A stretch of DNA of 64,000 bases from Guillardia theta CCMP2712 (taxonomy: Eukaryota > Protista > Cryptophyta), in the NCBI RefSeq assembly GCF_000315625.1, contig NW_005434654.1, forward strand, positions 252,273-316,272. Reading direction: 5' to 3'. Position numbers and translations under genes: made by a program. Position 1 is the first letter of the stretch. Every line of letters begins with the position of its first letter. This document shows, piece after piece, positions 22,601 through 36,169 of the stretch. The notes under the pieces were generated by a model, which was not told the DNA's origin, did no database searches, and was given only the letters and a program-made list of their open reading frames with translations.

Positions 22601-24750
22601 GATACTGTGCATGATATTCGACAGCTAAAGCTAAACATGCAAGAAGTCGTGCCAATACGTCACGTTAAATTCAATTTCCTGGTGGTTTTCCTTCGATTCA
22701 AACGATTTCACCGAACCCACGTACTTCTGCCAACCAGCAGCTTGTCAAATCAAGAAAGTCATGCGCGATCTCACCATTTGCCCTCCTGGTTTTGAACAAA
22801 CATCCAAGACTATTCGATGCGTCACCATTTGCTCCCACCTGCAATTGGCTGAGTGTTGCGACGGGCAGGGAACGAGCTTGAGCAAGAGGAAGATTTCAGA
22901 TTTCAGGACAGACCTCCGACTGAACACATCCTGTCGCCTGTGCCCATATATCAATGGTGCATAGAAATTCAAGTGGAATTACATCATATTCGTCTTGTGC
23001 ATGGAATAATCCTTGTCCAAAGCATCCGATTTCTGAGAACGCTCAGCTCGTAAAACGAAAGCTCTCTGCTCACTTTAGCTGTAAACCACCGAGATGCAAG
23101 AATGATCAGGTTGTATTGTTTGGCGAGCGAATCTAGCCAAAGGAAGCACGAATCCAGCTGGGCAGAACTCCCGTGCGAATCCTCCTTCTCGTGAGCTTTT
23201 TGTTCGACCCTGCTGTACCATTGCAAGACCGACAGCTGTAAAATTGTTACAAAAGCACGGAAAAAGCAAGATTGCAGCATACACAGTCAAACGCAACAAT
23301 CTGTACATTTCCGCACTGCAAAAAATCCTCTGCAGGTACAGTCATATTCACAGACACCAGAGATGATAATTTACCCATGCTTCGTATTGCACAAAAAACT
23401 TCGAAGGCATTGTAGCAAACAACAAAGTGAATGCGGGAAAGGCAATCTAATATCTGTTGTGTTCCATCACAAAGGAACCAGAAACCTAACTTCGAACTCA
23501 CAAAGGCACGGGTCCAACTCTGAACATCGAGGTTCGATTGCTAGTACATGGTCAGAGACTTGACATACGTCCCTCATATTCGAGGATTGACAGACTCACA
23601 TCCACGAATTGGATCACCTTCCTTGCGTGCATATCTAGCAATGTTACTAACCGCGATATGTACAGACTTCGAGATATGAATCAGCAAGGAAATTCTTCAA
23701 AAGAATCATTCCGAATACCTTGATGTGCACCCGATGCAGAAGAACAACGCTGATGACTTGCTGCCACCCACGATGATACCTTGGAATTCATCGGGTATAA
23801 CACTTTGCGCACAAGCCTGCGATAATTCGAGTTACAGAGAATCAGTTGTGTTTGCAATGCAACATTACATTCAACAACAGCTCGCTCTTTCCACAAGCGC
23901 TAGAGCCACATATTTCCAAGCACAGAGTCTTGGAAAGGTTCTGAACCATCACTCGATCCAATTCTTTCACACCGAATGTCAAAGATTTCTTGTGAAATCT
24001 GAATGAATATCTTCGTTAGGTTGGACCAGAGGCTAAAATGAAGTTTTACCTCAAGAATGTCAATGCAGTTGTGTCGCAATTTGCTGGTGCTGGTCGTTCT
24101 CGCATTCGGAAAAGTTTTGTTGGCCTTTGCAGAGGTTCAGAAGCTGCAGAACTTCTGCTAGACCTCTCTGCGTTGATTGCTTTTAACAGCAAGCAATCAA
24201 TATCTTTCGAAGCGCTTCTCTTCGTCACTGATTCTGCTCCAGCTCTGTTCTGAACTGCCGACGAGTAGGGAGATGCAGAGTTGAGGATTTCAGGATTCAG
24301 CAAAGTCGTGGCGTTGTCTCGTTGTTGTACTGTCTTGGAACAAGACAAGCTATAACTTCGTTAACGCAGCTTTCAGGAAATTCAACGACATACTCTCTGT
24401 CTGAAGGCGAAGAAACATTCAACGGAGTTTCCAAGGTATTTCTCAACAGACTCCCCCCACACTGTTGAGGACTCATGAAAAACTTAGGAAACAGTAAGTC
24501 AGAATCGAACAATCTGGAGAATGCTGGACCTTTGCGTCATCTCTGATCGTTCTGGCTCGAGGAGAAACCAAGGACAGATCTCGTGACGAATGAGCTCCCG
24601 TCTCTCTCTGGCACTGCATGTGAAGGGGAACAGCAAGGCTGGCTGTAGTATTGTGTCAGTATATCAACGAAGAGCTTGCAGAACAAAGAACAAGATATTG
24701 GGCATCCTTCCAATGACTCTCATGGATTCGAACAGATAAGAAATCGCATT
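22600..24750 (-). CDS. Hypothetical multi-exon protein
   Basis: Chain of minus-strand ORFs (24297-24512, 24046-24348, 23681-23896, 23247-23501, 22984-23280, 22745-22972) spaced like exons. No recognisable motif. Confidence 0.3.
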
Positions 24751-25242
24751 CTTGCACTTCTTGCGTTCCCATCACTCTCACTTACGACAACTATCAATCT
24801 TTCTCCCGCCCCTTCACTTCCCTCCCCATCGTCCTCGTTGCCCCGGAATGCCCCAGGCTCCTCGCATGGCGGGAAATATTTCGGAAAGGAATCCGAGTCT
24901 GCCTCAGAGCCCTTGTGAGCGACACTTGAGACTCAAGCTTGAACTCGGAAATCCTCTCAGTCTACGGTGCCCGGCCGCCCGGGCCACGGAGGCCAGTGCT
25001 CTTACTAGGCCGGGTGATCGGGCAGGCTACTGACTAGTACTTTACTTTGAGTAAAGACTAGTAGTGGGTTGGTCGCCTAAAGATTCCGGTCACCAGTTGC
25101 TCAGGTGACTGTAGCTGAGCCTGACTCGCGGCCAGTCATTGCAGTCAACTCAGTCCGATCTGGCACCGTTGTAGCACAACCCGGTCACCGGGTACCGCCA
25201 AGGGCCTCGGTCGATTCCCGCAAGGTAAAGGTCACGTAAGGT

Positions 25243-26070
25243 ATGGCAGCCACAACAACAGTTAACATCAGTCTCAATCATCTTTGTGGAAAACAGGTTC
25301 AGCTCCACAATTCGTAGATTCTGAGTTCTCACTGCAGACTTCAACGATTTCCCATTGTAATCTCTCATCTCACGACTCAACAAGACTCGCCGAGCTAGCC
25401 CGAGGCTCAAACAGCGTGGATTCAAGACTGAGACAGATCTCACCGGAGCAAGCGAGAAGGACAAGGTAAAAATGTTTTGGGCATGTTTAAAGCTACCTTG
25501 CAATAATTACGGCGTGAATTGTCGATACTCAGACCGACGAAACTAATGCTTGTGAACAGTATGAAAATAACGGAATCAAAATTTGGTTTATTCGAGATTG
25601 ACATTCCTAATAGCATGCGGACTTACAAATGAACTTCTTTGAAGGAGACCACCTGATTGATGAAGTCATACTCATGTTGACACGATGGAAAACATCCAAC
25701 TTGCAAAACACAAGAACAGGAAAATGGCATGTTGGGAACACTTTGGACCCCAATGCAAAGGCGCAATGCATCAATGCCCAGCAGGTTCCCTCAGACTAGG
25801 ATTCTTGCTTCGTAAACAAACCCACATCTCCATACCCGATCAACATGAGTTGACTGGCGTGAGAAGTGTGGGGGAGAACAATGAAGCTGAAAAGCGGATG
25901 TTTGAGAAACAACAGGTGGCAACAACGCACTGCACTTGCGATAACACAGCTGGCAACAAGGCGATCGAGACAAGACAGGAGATCATCGATGAAGACTCAG
26001 GCAAGTCACCTTAGGGTAGTGAGATGTTCCTCGACGGTAGACGACAAGCTCCCACTGCTTGCTTGAGCAC
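25243..26070 (+). CDS. Possible short hypothetical multi-exon protein
   Basis: ATG just after a GC island, with plausible GT-AG introns joining MAATTTVNISLNHLCGKQ|TSTISHCNL... No motif recognised. Confidence 0.2.
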
Positions 26071-26489
26071 GAGCGTGCGGAGCAACGGTTACAGATCAGA
26101 TGTTTCGCGATAAACCGTTACACTTGCACTGAGGCGGACTGCCCGGGCCAGTCCGACTGGCGGGTGACTCGGACTTGCGGCCTCGTCGGAGGGCCTGCCA
26201 ACGTCCCGGGGTCCCGCCGCCGCCGATCGGACGGACCGTATTGGGCGGAGGCTGAACGGTCCCGGGCCGCAGCCCAGGCTGGCCCGGGCCCTTTCACCAC
26301 TGTGACCGTCGGAGTCCCACAGAGCGGCTCAATCAGTTTACTCGTGATCCGCAAGTAAGCCAACAAGAGTCACATCTGCCTCTCCTACCCTTTTCACTAG
26401 GTAAGAATATCTGTACGGCTCCTGATCGGGCCAATCGATCAAAAACGCAGTGCTGAGAGTCAACCCGGTTCACCCCGGTCACTTCACTC

Positions 26490-28322
26490 ACCTCGAGTGG
26501 ATCTTTGAAAACCTGTTTCGCACAAGATCAGAACAAAGCAGTCTCGTTTCAACACATGGCTCCGAGAATCGCTCTCACCTGTCCTTCATGCTGAATCAGA
26601 CCCGATGCGAAGGTCCAAGTCCTTGAGTGGAAGCAGACGCTGAATCAAACACCTCAATCAATCGACAACACGAAGGGCTTCATAAATTCACTTGTCTCCC
26701 ACTCTCATGAAGAAAGCCGTAAACTTGAACATGTCTTCGCGCGCCATCCAGTGTCCTACGAGTTTTACAGTTTGGTAGGCATCTGGGTACAGGTGAAAGG
26801 GTCACCAAATTAGGAGTAGGCCCCCGAAAATGTTCATACCTCCCATTTCTTTCACTGCTGTGCCATCCAACGGCTGTTTGAGTAGGCAAGTCCACGACGA
26901 CTTGAACCCTCCAAACATCTGGATGCCACACGTCACAGGAACGCTGCTGCTATGCCCTAGCCTTCACCCGTGGCAGAGCAATCCGCACGTGGATATGAGC
27001 GCATATCCTCCCACTGCTATCCGGGTCGAACATCATATGTGCTTCATGCTTTGTGGCTAAGAATGCAAAAATAGCCTCCTGCACTGAAGCTGTTCGTAGC
27101 GTCATTCTACCTTGTCCCAGGAAAACCTTTCCCGTCTGTTACCTAGACGAGCCATGGCTCCTTCTTTTATCCACTGGATGATCGACGTTGACTCTTCCGT
27201 GTTGTGTAAAGCTGGCATGTATAGCGAAAGGAAGTTCCTTTCGCTATGAAAACACAATGTAAGGCTCCCGCAAGTTTGACAAACAGGGCTTGAGCAAGTT
27301 CATCAGCACAGCGTTTGGTGTCTTGTCATCCCAATGAATCAGCAACTTGACATCCATTTTTCTCTCTCATCCCCCTTCCCCTCCCTCTTTCGCTTGTCAT
27401 CAACCTTACCTGGGAAAGCCGTATGATGTCATGGCCGCGTCCACTCTCCAGGGTGCTGAGTTGGAGCCCTCTGGACTAAACAGATAGACTCCAAACAGAG
27501 GCCGCAAGTTGAGCCTGATCCAGTCAGGTTCTGTTACTCTTTCCATTCTTCCTTCTATCACAAAGATTCCAATCCCCCCATATCTTGCCCACAACGGCAC
27601 AATCGACGATCCCACCGTCACGATGTTGTGTCTTCGGAACACTCTAAACATTACGTCGATTCGACTGCTCAATCGTCTTTCCTGCTGCATTCCTAGGCTC
27701 TGATTACTCCGCAATCTCCTGGCGAAGTCCCGCATCCTGTCAATGTAGCTGCTTTCCACAAAGTGCATCAAGCTCTGTCCAACCTGCTCGCAACAACCTG
27801 TCAAAACTCTCTGTAAAAAAACATCATCGTACTCACGAGGGTTGGGCTGAACACTGATTCGCGGTAGTCGTTCTCGAAGGCGACGCTCATCCTGCATATC
27901 CTCCAGCTTGGGAGTTCCACTACGACGATTCGATCTACATGGCTTGTGAGCAAGGCTTCAATGAGGGCCTCCCCTCCGCAGCTCGAGAGAAGTCTACTAG
28001 GCCTCTCGGCAGCTTCGCTAGAATCTGCGGATGCATCCGCAAGATCACGTGAGCGGAATTTGTTCACTTCCCTGACATGAGCAATGACATCTGAAAGGAG
28101 CTGGGCTCGATTTCTTCCCGATGACAGCTGTCCAAGAGCTGACAGCTCGGCCGGACGTTTCACCGGCGTCATCGCATCCAACTGACCTATGAGGTTGCTC
28201 GTGATCGAGCGTTCCTTTGACTTGCATTGTTTCTGGCGTTGTCTCTTCAATGCTCTTCGATCGCTCGTGATGTCCTGCTGATAATGGTCCCACTCGACTG
28301 CTTGCATTGGCGCAATGAGCAA
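26490..28322 (-). CDS. bHLH-like transcription factor with downstream PAS-like segment (multi-exon)
   Basis: Basic RRALKRQRQKQCKSKERS, helix 1 ITSNLIGQLDAMTP, helix 2 RNRAQLLSDVIAHVREV. Then IVVVELPSWRICRMS...VGQSLMHFVESSYIDRM (PAS-like). Confidence 0.55.
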
Positions 28323-28818
28323 ATCGATCTAGCGAGATTCGGGTTTCACGCAGCGGTGCATTGAATCCTTGTTCCAACAGCTAGTACATCAATACACATG
28401 GCATGATTGTTCTTCGCGACCTGTCTTCAGGCCAGGTCCGTTCACCTTCCCCTGCCTCCCTTCATCGAATCCGCACCCAATCCGCTGTTTGCTGGTGTTG
28501 TTGAGTAAAACAAAACAAGGATTAAAAACGACCGCGTAACGTATCCACAATGTAACGGATATGCAACGGCTCTGGACCAACGGACTGCCGGACGTTCGAT
28601 GGCAGCGGAGGGGAGAAGAATGGCGGACAGGAAGGAAGGGGAAGAGGAGAGGAAGTGAATTGAGGTTATTGCTGAACGCAGTTGTTAGAGGAGGAACCCC
28701 GTCGATCCGTAGAGAGCCTGCTGAGATCTCCATCGGACGAGTGGGTACAAGCAACGGTCAAGGGCAACTGAACAGGACTCGGCTGTGTGGCAGGAGACGT
28801 TAGAGCCGATCTCCCGCC

Positions 28819-31800
28819 ATGGCCGACGGAGCTGTACCAGAGGACCCAGCTCCCTCTCAAGTAACCGAAGCTGAAGAACCTGGAGAAGGTGCCGTCGTAG
28901 AGGAGGGCGACGTCCTGGTGGGTGACGGGGCAGTGGAGGCGCTAGGGGAGCAAGCAGCTGGTACACAAGAAACAGATTCTACTCAGGTGGCGCCGACTGA
29001 AACGGGGGATGATGGAGGAGGAGCTGCTCCTGCTGATGCCGTAGATGCCGCGAATGATCAGACCTCGACGACGGACAGGACCGCTGAGGAAACAGAAGGC
29101 GCAGGGGAGCCGGTTGAGGCTGAAATGGAAGGACAGGGTGATGCTGGGGATGGGTTGCAGGACCAAGACCTTCCGAGTACAGAGCAAGTGACTGAAGGAG
29201 GAATGCCTACCGAAGCTGAAGCTGCAGCCACGGGTGAGGAGTCATCGGCGGAGGCTGTGGCAACTGAAGGTGATGGCGACGTTGCAGCGAATGTTGAGGG
29301 AGTTGAAAGAGACAATGGGGACGCGAGCGAGCCAGCTGCAGGGACTTCAGGGACAGAAGCAATGCCTGAGCCAGCAGATCAAGGAGCAGAAACGGAGCAA
29401 GGAGCTGAAATCCAGCAAGGAGCAGGGGGTGAGGGTGGAGAAGAACAAGTAACGAGCAACGAGCAGAGCAATTCAAGCGCAGAGATGGCGGACATTACTT
29501 ATGATGTGGAGAAGAAACGGCAGGAGCGTTCGTCGCTCGGCAAGGAGTTCATCAAGAGGGAGACTGTCTTCCTGCATCACTCCTACGGATGGGAAACCCA
29601 GAGGAGAAATAATCTCCACCGCCTCGGGGAGGCGAAGTTGTTGACTTGCGCAGGGAGCACGGTGGTGATCCTTGACCTGGTCACGTTGGAGAAGGAATAT
29701 CTCGAGGGAATCGACAACGGAGGCATCGGAGCCATCACCGTCCACCCATCAGGGAACTACTTTGCTGTAGGCGAGAAGCACGTGGGGGGAAGCCCTAACG
29801 TCTACATCTATGAGTATCCCTCCCTCCGGCTGATCAGGATCTTGAAGGAGGGAACCGAACGTTCCTTCAGTGATCTGCGATTCGACAAGACGGGGGAGAT
29901 GCTGGCGACAGTGGGAGGCTTCCCTGACTACCTCCTCCATGTGTGGGACTGGAAGAAGGAGGCAGTGATGCTGAGAGCCAAGGCCTTCTCACAGGAGGTC
30001 TTCAACGTCTCGTTCTCTGATCGCTTCGATGGAACTCTCTACACTTCCGGGACAGGTCACATCCGCTTCTGGAAGATGGCGCACACCTTCACAGGACTCA
30101 AGCTGCAGGGAGAGATCGGAAAGTTCGGCGCCATCGAGCTCTCCGACATCTCTGCCTACCTGGAGCTCGCGGACGGGAAAGTGCTGACAGGAAGCGAGTC
30201 TGGGAACCTGCTGCTGTGGGATGGAGGCCTTATCAAGGTTGAGATCTTCACCAGCAAGGGGCAGTGCCACAACGGGATGATTGAGATGCTGTGGCAGCAG
30301 GGAGACTTGATCGTCTCTGCCGGCATGGACGGGTTCCTGCGCTACTGGGAGTACCCCAAGATCGACCTTGCTGAGCCGGAGGAGGACGAGCCAAGGTGCA
30401 CCATCAACCCAGTGAAGGAGTTCCTGATCACAGAAGGCGGCAAGGAGGAGAGGAGGGTCAGCGTGAAGACCATGCACTTGGATCGAGAGGGAAAGTTCAA
30501 GGAGTGGCTGGTGCAGGACGACTCAGGGGCTCTGTGGCGCATCGGGACGGGGCAGGAGGAGCTGAGTGCTTCGAAGATAATGTCCTTCCATGCTGGAGGG
30601 ATCGCGGGCTGTGAAGCTTCTCCCCGAGGACCGTTCTTTGCCACCGCAGGAAGCGACGGGTCGATCCGCCTGCACAACCTTGTGGACAGGAAGACTGTCT
30701 TCCAGCAGACGTTTCCGCAAGCTTGCTCGTGCATGATGTGGGGGCCTCTCTCCGTGGACGAGGAAGGGACCATGATCGCTGTGGGGTTCGAGGACGGGGT
30801 GGTGCGCATGCTGAAGCAGCTCCGCGACAGTTGGCACTTGCAGTCCGTGTCGAAGCCTCACACAAAGAGGGTGAACATGGTGAAGTTCAGTCCTGACGGG
30901 AGGAAGATCGCGTCCTGCTCGCAGGACAACACCATCTTTCTGCAAAACGTGGTGAAGGATGAGAAGGAGGAGTTGAAGATGGAGCCGATAGGCTTCATCA
31001 GTTGCAATTCGTCCGTCTCCTGCATGTCGTGGTCGCCGGACTGCGAGAGTCTGCTGGCGTGCATCGACCCGTTCACAGGCAGCGAGGGGGAGATCATAAG
31101 CTTCAAGCTGCCTCCTGTAGAGGAGATCAACACCTCCACCACCTTCGACATCACCTCCTCATGCCAACAGAATAAGTACAACTTCGAGAGGAAGATCGTC
31201 CTCCCTGAGAAGCCGGCGAAGCCCAAGAAGGAGGGAGAGGATCAGGGAGAGGAGCCGGAGGAGGAGGAGGAGCCGGAGCCGGAGCCGGAGGTCATCCCCA
31301 ACGGAGCGCCCAAGAGCTGCTTGTTCATGACGGACTCAAGTTTCCTCCTTAGCTTCGACGGGCCGGAGACGAGAGGGGTCCTGTACGAGTGCTCCTTCGA
31401 CTACAAACACCCACTGCAGGAGCTCACTACCCACACCTCCTCCATCGTCTTCATGCGCCTCTCCCACTCCGGCAGGTACCTCATCACAGGAGGGAGCGAC
31501 GGCTCTGTGGCCCTGAGAGGCATCGGAGAGCAGCTGGACTCCTCCTTGAGACTCGCCTCCAAGTGCTGGAGGGGGAATCTCCATGGGTGTGACGCGGCCA
31601 TCACAGGAGCAAGCATCTCCTTCGACGAGGAGGCGCTAGTGTCGTCGGCGGTGGACGGGAACGTGCTGCAGCTGCGGATAACGGAGGACTTTCATGCCTC
31701 CATGGCGCAGGTGCTTGCGCAGGACGCGTCCGCCCTCAAGGAGAAGGAGCTGATGGCAGAGGCAGTGAGGCTGGAGGAGCTCAAGGCACAGGCGGAGGTG

Positions 31801-34704
31801 GCGGAGGAGGAGAAGGTGGAGGACATTGTGGACCCGAAGCATTATTCGATTCAGCAGGAGAAGATCCAGGCAGAGGAAGACAGGAGGAAGGCGGAGGCGG
31901 AGAAGAAGAAGGAGCGCGTCCGTGAGACCATCCTGCAGATCCGTGAAGAGTTCGAGCAGCTGGTGCAGGCGAACGAGGCCCTTCCTCCCGGTGAGCGACT
32001 GGACAGGGACGAGTTCGAGGTCGATCCTGAACTCAGGATCATCCTGGAGAAGGAGGCGGCAGAGAAGGTGGAGGAGGCGAGGAAGGAGCTGGCGTGGGAG
32101 AGCGAGAAGAAGAGCAAAGCTCTGGAAAAGCTCAGGAAGGCCTTCATTGATAACGTAGCAGTAGAGCACATCGTCCTGCATGCTCTTCGCTCCCCGTACG
32201 CGGTCCACAGCTTCCGCACCCCGAAGCTCACGCAGGAGCAGAAGGACAACATCGCAGCCGTCCACCAGCTGATCAACCAGGAGGAGAGGAAGGAGAGTCT
32301 GGCAGAAGGGAAGGAAGGAGCAGAGGGGGTTGCCACGGAGACTGGGCAGGCAACGGCAGGGGGGGCAGAGGAGCAGGACGTCCGGGACCTGACGGCAGAG
32401 GAGCTGGAGGAGAAGGGGGTATCGAAGCAGGAGATCCGCAAGATCCTGCGGCAACAGAGGCAGCGGAAGTGGGAGCAGCTGCTGGCGATGAAACCCGACG
32501 ACAAGTACGAGGACCCCAAGGACGTGTCGGCTATCCAGCACGCGCAGACGCACATGGGGGACTACAAGCTGAAGACGGACGAGGACTACGTGGTGCCGGA
32601 GCACCTGAGGATCGACGCGGAGAAGAAGAGGAGGCAGATGGTCCTGCTGGAGGAGAGCATCCACTCCATCAAGATGGGCTTCAACGACCGTCTGCTGGCG
32701 CTCAGGGACCTCAAGAAGCGCATCATCAGCAACATCGAGGCTGACAACCAGCGGATCCGAGAGATCGATGCGGAGCTGGGGATCCCCACCGGGGAGCTCT
32801 GGCAGCCCTCCATCCTAGAGCAGGACGAGTTCCCCGAGCTGCGGTTCACCCGCGGTTCAAAGCTCCCTTCCCTCGACATCCCCCAGCAGGAGACGCTGAA
32901 GAAGCACCTGGGCAGCGAAACCTCGAGCGTCGTCAACCAGACGAGCTCGATGGATACCTTCCGGTCGTCGGGCACGCACAGCTCTGTGCACGAGACAGGA
33001 GGAGCAGGAGGGGGGGGAGGAGGAGGAGAGCTCTCAATCGACGAGTACGAGATGTCCGAGCTCGAGCAGATAGAAGCTCACATCCGCAAAGTGCAGCTGC
33101 AGTACGAGAAGGAGAAGATGATAGAGAAGATTGAGCAGACGGTGCAGGCCTACGACGAGGCGATCCGCAACCTGCGGCGGGAGAGGTTCAAGCTGGAGGC
33201 GGACATCAAGATGATGGACCTGAGGATGCTGGTGCTGCTGCAGGAGCTGCAGCTGCTCAAGGAGTTCGAGAAGCGAGACAACGCTCTGGTCACCAAACTC
33301 AACGGGAAGAGGGAGGAGAAGGCGGACATCGCGTCGAAGATCAAAGAATGCAACGACAAGATCGCTACCAAGAAGCACGAGATCGAGAAGTTGAACCCCA
33401 AGCAGGTGATGATGGAGTTTTCCCAGCTCGTCCCCGACTCGAACAAGTTCCATGAGCCCCTGCTGAAGATCTTCAAGAAGAAAATCAAGAGGATGAAGAA
33501 GAAGGCCAACGAGGGTGAAGAGGACGATGAAGAGGGAGAGGACGAGGACGAGGACGAGGACGACATGTCGGACTTCGATGAGGAGGAGGAAGAGGAGGAG
33601 GAGGAGGAGTTCTGTCCTCCAGGGTGCGACCCCTCGCTCTTCGAACAGGTGTGTGAGCTCAGAGAAAAGCGTCTGGATCAGGAAGAGATGCTGGCAGAGT
33701 ACCAGAAAGGGGCGGATCAGCTCAAGAAAGACCTGGACGGGCTGGTGAAGAAGGAGAAAATCATCGACTCGGCCCTGCGGCAGACAGAGCAGGAGATCCA
33801 GCAGTTCCAGACTTTCAAGCAGCAGAAGTTGAACGAGATCAGAGTCGTCATTACTCTCAAGATGCATCAGATCAAGTGTCTGGTCGAGGATAAGCTGCCT
33901 CCCGACCTCTCCAACACCATCGTCTTCACCAACTCTGGCCTGAAGAGGTTGAGGAGCAGGATAGATGAGCTCAAAGAGGAGAAGGAGGAGCTGCGCAAGA
34001 ACCAGAAGCTGCTCAGGAAGGAGCATGTGAACCTGCTGAAGAGCAAGAAAGTCAAGGAGGAGAGGCTCCGGGAGCTGGAGGCTCGTTCCCGCGATGTTCA
34101 GATGTTGAAGTTCGGGCAGGAAGTGGACTTGGATGTGCTGGAGAAGATGGGGGTGAACAAGACAGCGGAAGAACTGAGAGAGCAACTGAAGCAGCTGGAA
34201 AAGAAGAACGCCAAGGAGCTACGAGCATGGCAGAAGCAGATCGATCAGGCGGCAGGAGAGCTTGCTGGCGTTACCAAACAGGTAGGATGCTTCCTCCCTC
34301 TTACGTCACAGTTTTCATCATCGTCTCCTCTCCTGAGTTTGTTGCTCTTCTCTGTGTTGACTTGTCTGTAGAACACGGAGAAGCTTGAGAGGGTGGCAGA
34401 GCTTACAGCAGCTCAGCATCGTTTGGAGAAGGAGCTCAACTCCACACAGTCTCGCATGGTGGCAGAAGTCGGACCTTCAAAGGAGAAGGTGAAAGCTGAG
34501 AGGGAACAGGTGAGACAACAACTTTGCGGGGGGGGGGATGGCGAGACTGACTGGTTGCGGCAGCTCGTCAGTCTGGTGAAGCTGCAGGCGAGGGAGATGG
34601 AGGCACTCAAAGCAGAGATCAACATGTTGCGACGGAAAGGCGGTCACGTCTACACGCCTGTTGTGCGGCGGGCCCCACCTCCCTCGTCCGGAGAACAGAA
34701 GTGA
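28819..34704 (+). CDS. CFAP44: Cilia- and flagella-associated protein 44 (WDR52)
   Basis: Acidic N-terminus, two WD40 blocks (WKMAHTFTGLKLQGEIGKFG...SESGNLLLWDGGLIKVEI), long coiled coil (GDYKLKT..DYVVP, LLQELQLLKEFEK, CPPGCD), end EINMLRRKGGHVY. Exons 28819-34281, 34372-34509, 34564-34704. Confidence 0.92.
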
Positions 34705-34974
34705 CAAGAAGTTACAGAAGCTGCTGAAGCTGTCTCAAGTGAACATGCCCTTGTTTACTGTTTCCCTTCTCCCACCCTTGCAAGCTCTGCCGTTAACAAA
34801 GAGCGGTGCACCTCCAACCAGAAGTTGTGTAGGTATCGAAAGCCTTGCAGGGCTTTCTTGGCCAGTCTGGAGAGATTCCTCTGAAGGTGGTTGTGATAGT
34901 TTGGATGAACCACTTTGCCGTCTTGCCATCTGATTGTCAAGGGTTACAACTGAGAGTTGAGAACTGTCACAATC

Positions 34975-35583
34975 TTACTTGAGTGCCATCTTGAATATTC
35001 TCTGACAGTACTCCCTCTCAGCAGCGTTGTCTTGCAGCCTGTAGTAGCTCCCAACATCTAGCATCAGAGACCCATAAGCATTCAACGCCGCAAGGTCGTT
35101 CTCGTCCATGTCAATGGCACGCTGGATGCACTCTGAAGGAGCAAGAGTCAGCACAGGAGGGAAAGGCGATGGAAACTAGCCTGACGCTCCGATCCAGTCC
35201 GAATGAACGTGGTGCTTGAGCATGCCGTACACCACTAGCTCCTTCCCTGACACAACGTTGTTGGGTACCCTTGTCCGCTCGTACATCTTCTCTAGCACGC
35301 TCAGCTGATCCTTGATGCCTCCTGGTAACTTGGATGCGCTCCCTTGCATGCATGGGAGATCTTGGATCAAGTCGTAGTACGTCAAACTGTTCAGCTCCCG
35401 CTCTGTAGGAGGGTCTAGTCGCGTTTCAAAGACGCCGTTGAAGTCTAGGTTCTGCACACTTCCGTGGGAGTGAAGGGGGGAGGACGCCATGGAGGAGTGA
35501 GCCGTCGAGGATCGGCTTTCCGCTGGTTCATAATTGTCCAGGCTCATCTGCGTCCTCCATTCTTTCGAGATTGGACCATACAT
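34975..35583 (-). CDS. Hypothetical protein with a C-terminal TPR-like repeat (2 exons)
   Basis: ORF 35176-35589 plus exon ECIQRAIDMDENDLAALNAYGSLMLDVG...FKMALK*. Confidence 0.55.
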
Positions 35584-36169
35584 TGTCAAACAATAGACAG
35601 AACCGGCTTCTGCACAGCGAGTGGAGGTGGGCCGATGTTACCTGACCGAATTATCTCCTTCAGTCTTGTCTTGTTTGTATGGTCTGTCTTTCTTAACTGC
35701 CTGTACTTGTGTATTTCCGACTGTCTGTGTCTATCAGCCTGTCTGTCTTCTTCTTCGTTTCTTTCTTTTCTCTCTTCTCATTCACTGTTTGTCAACTCAT
35801 AGCAAACCTTGCTCCGCTTCCGCCAGCATTGCTCTCCCTAGCCCTCGTACCCCTACCTCCCCTGGCACCTCCAGTACCTCCGAACATTATCAAACCGTAT
35901 CTATCGCCTGCCCGCAACAGCTTCCTCCCCCCTTCTACATTATCTCCTTGACTCTGAAAGGATAATCCTGTACCTTTACCCCATCAGAGATCACTTCTAT
36001 CTTATCTTTCTGCCCGAATTTACCGTCCCCGTAGGTCCCGCCAACCACGGGATAAATCTGACCACCCCCACCCCTCCATATATCCTTATTTTCACGGGTT
36101 CCACTTAGGCTACTGACCCCCCCTGATTCATTCTTAGTGCTCTCAAGGCTGGTCAAACCACATGAAGGT

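Noticed and set aside
29473-34185. Many long minus-strand ORFs (e.g. 31636-32664, 33034-34185)
   Set aside because: Antisense shadows of the GC3-rich CFAP44 coding sequence.
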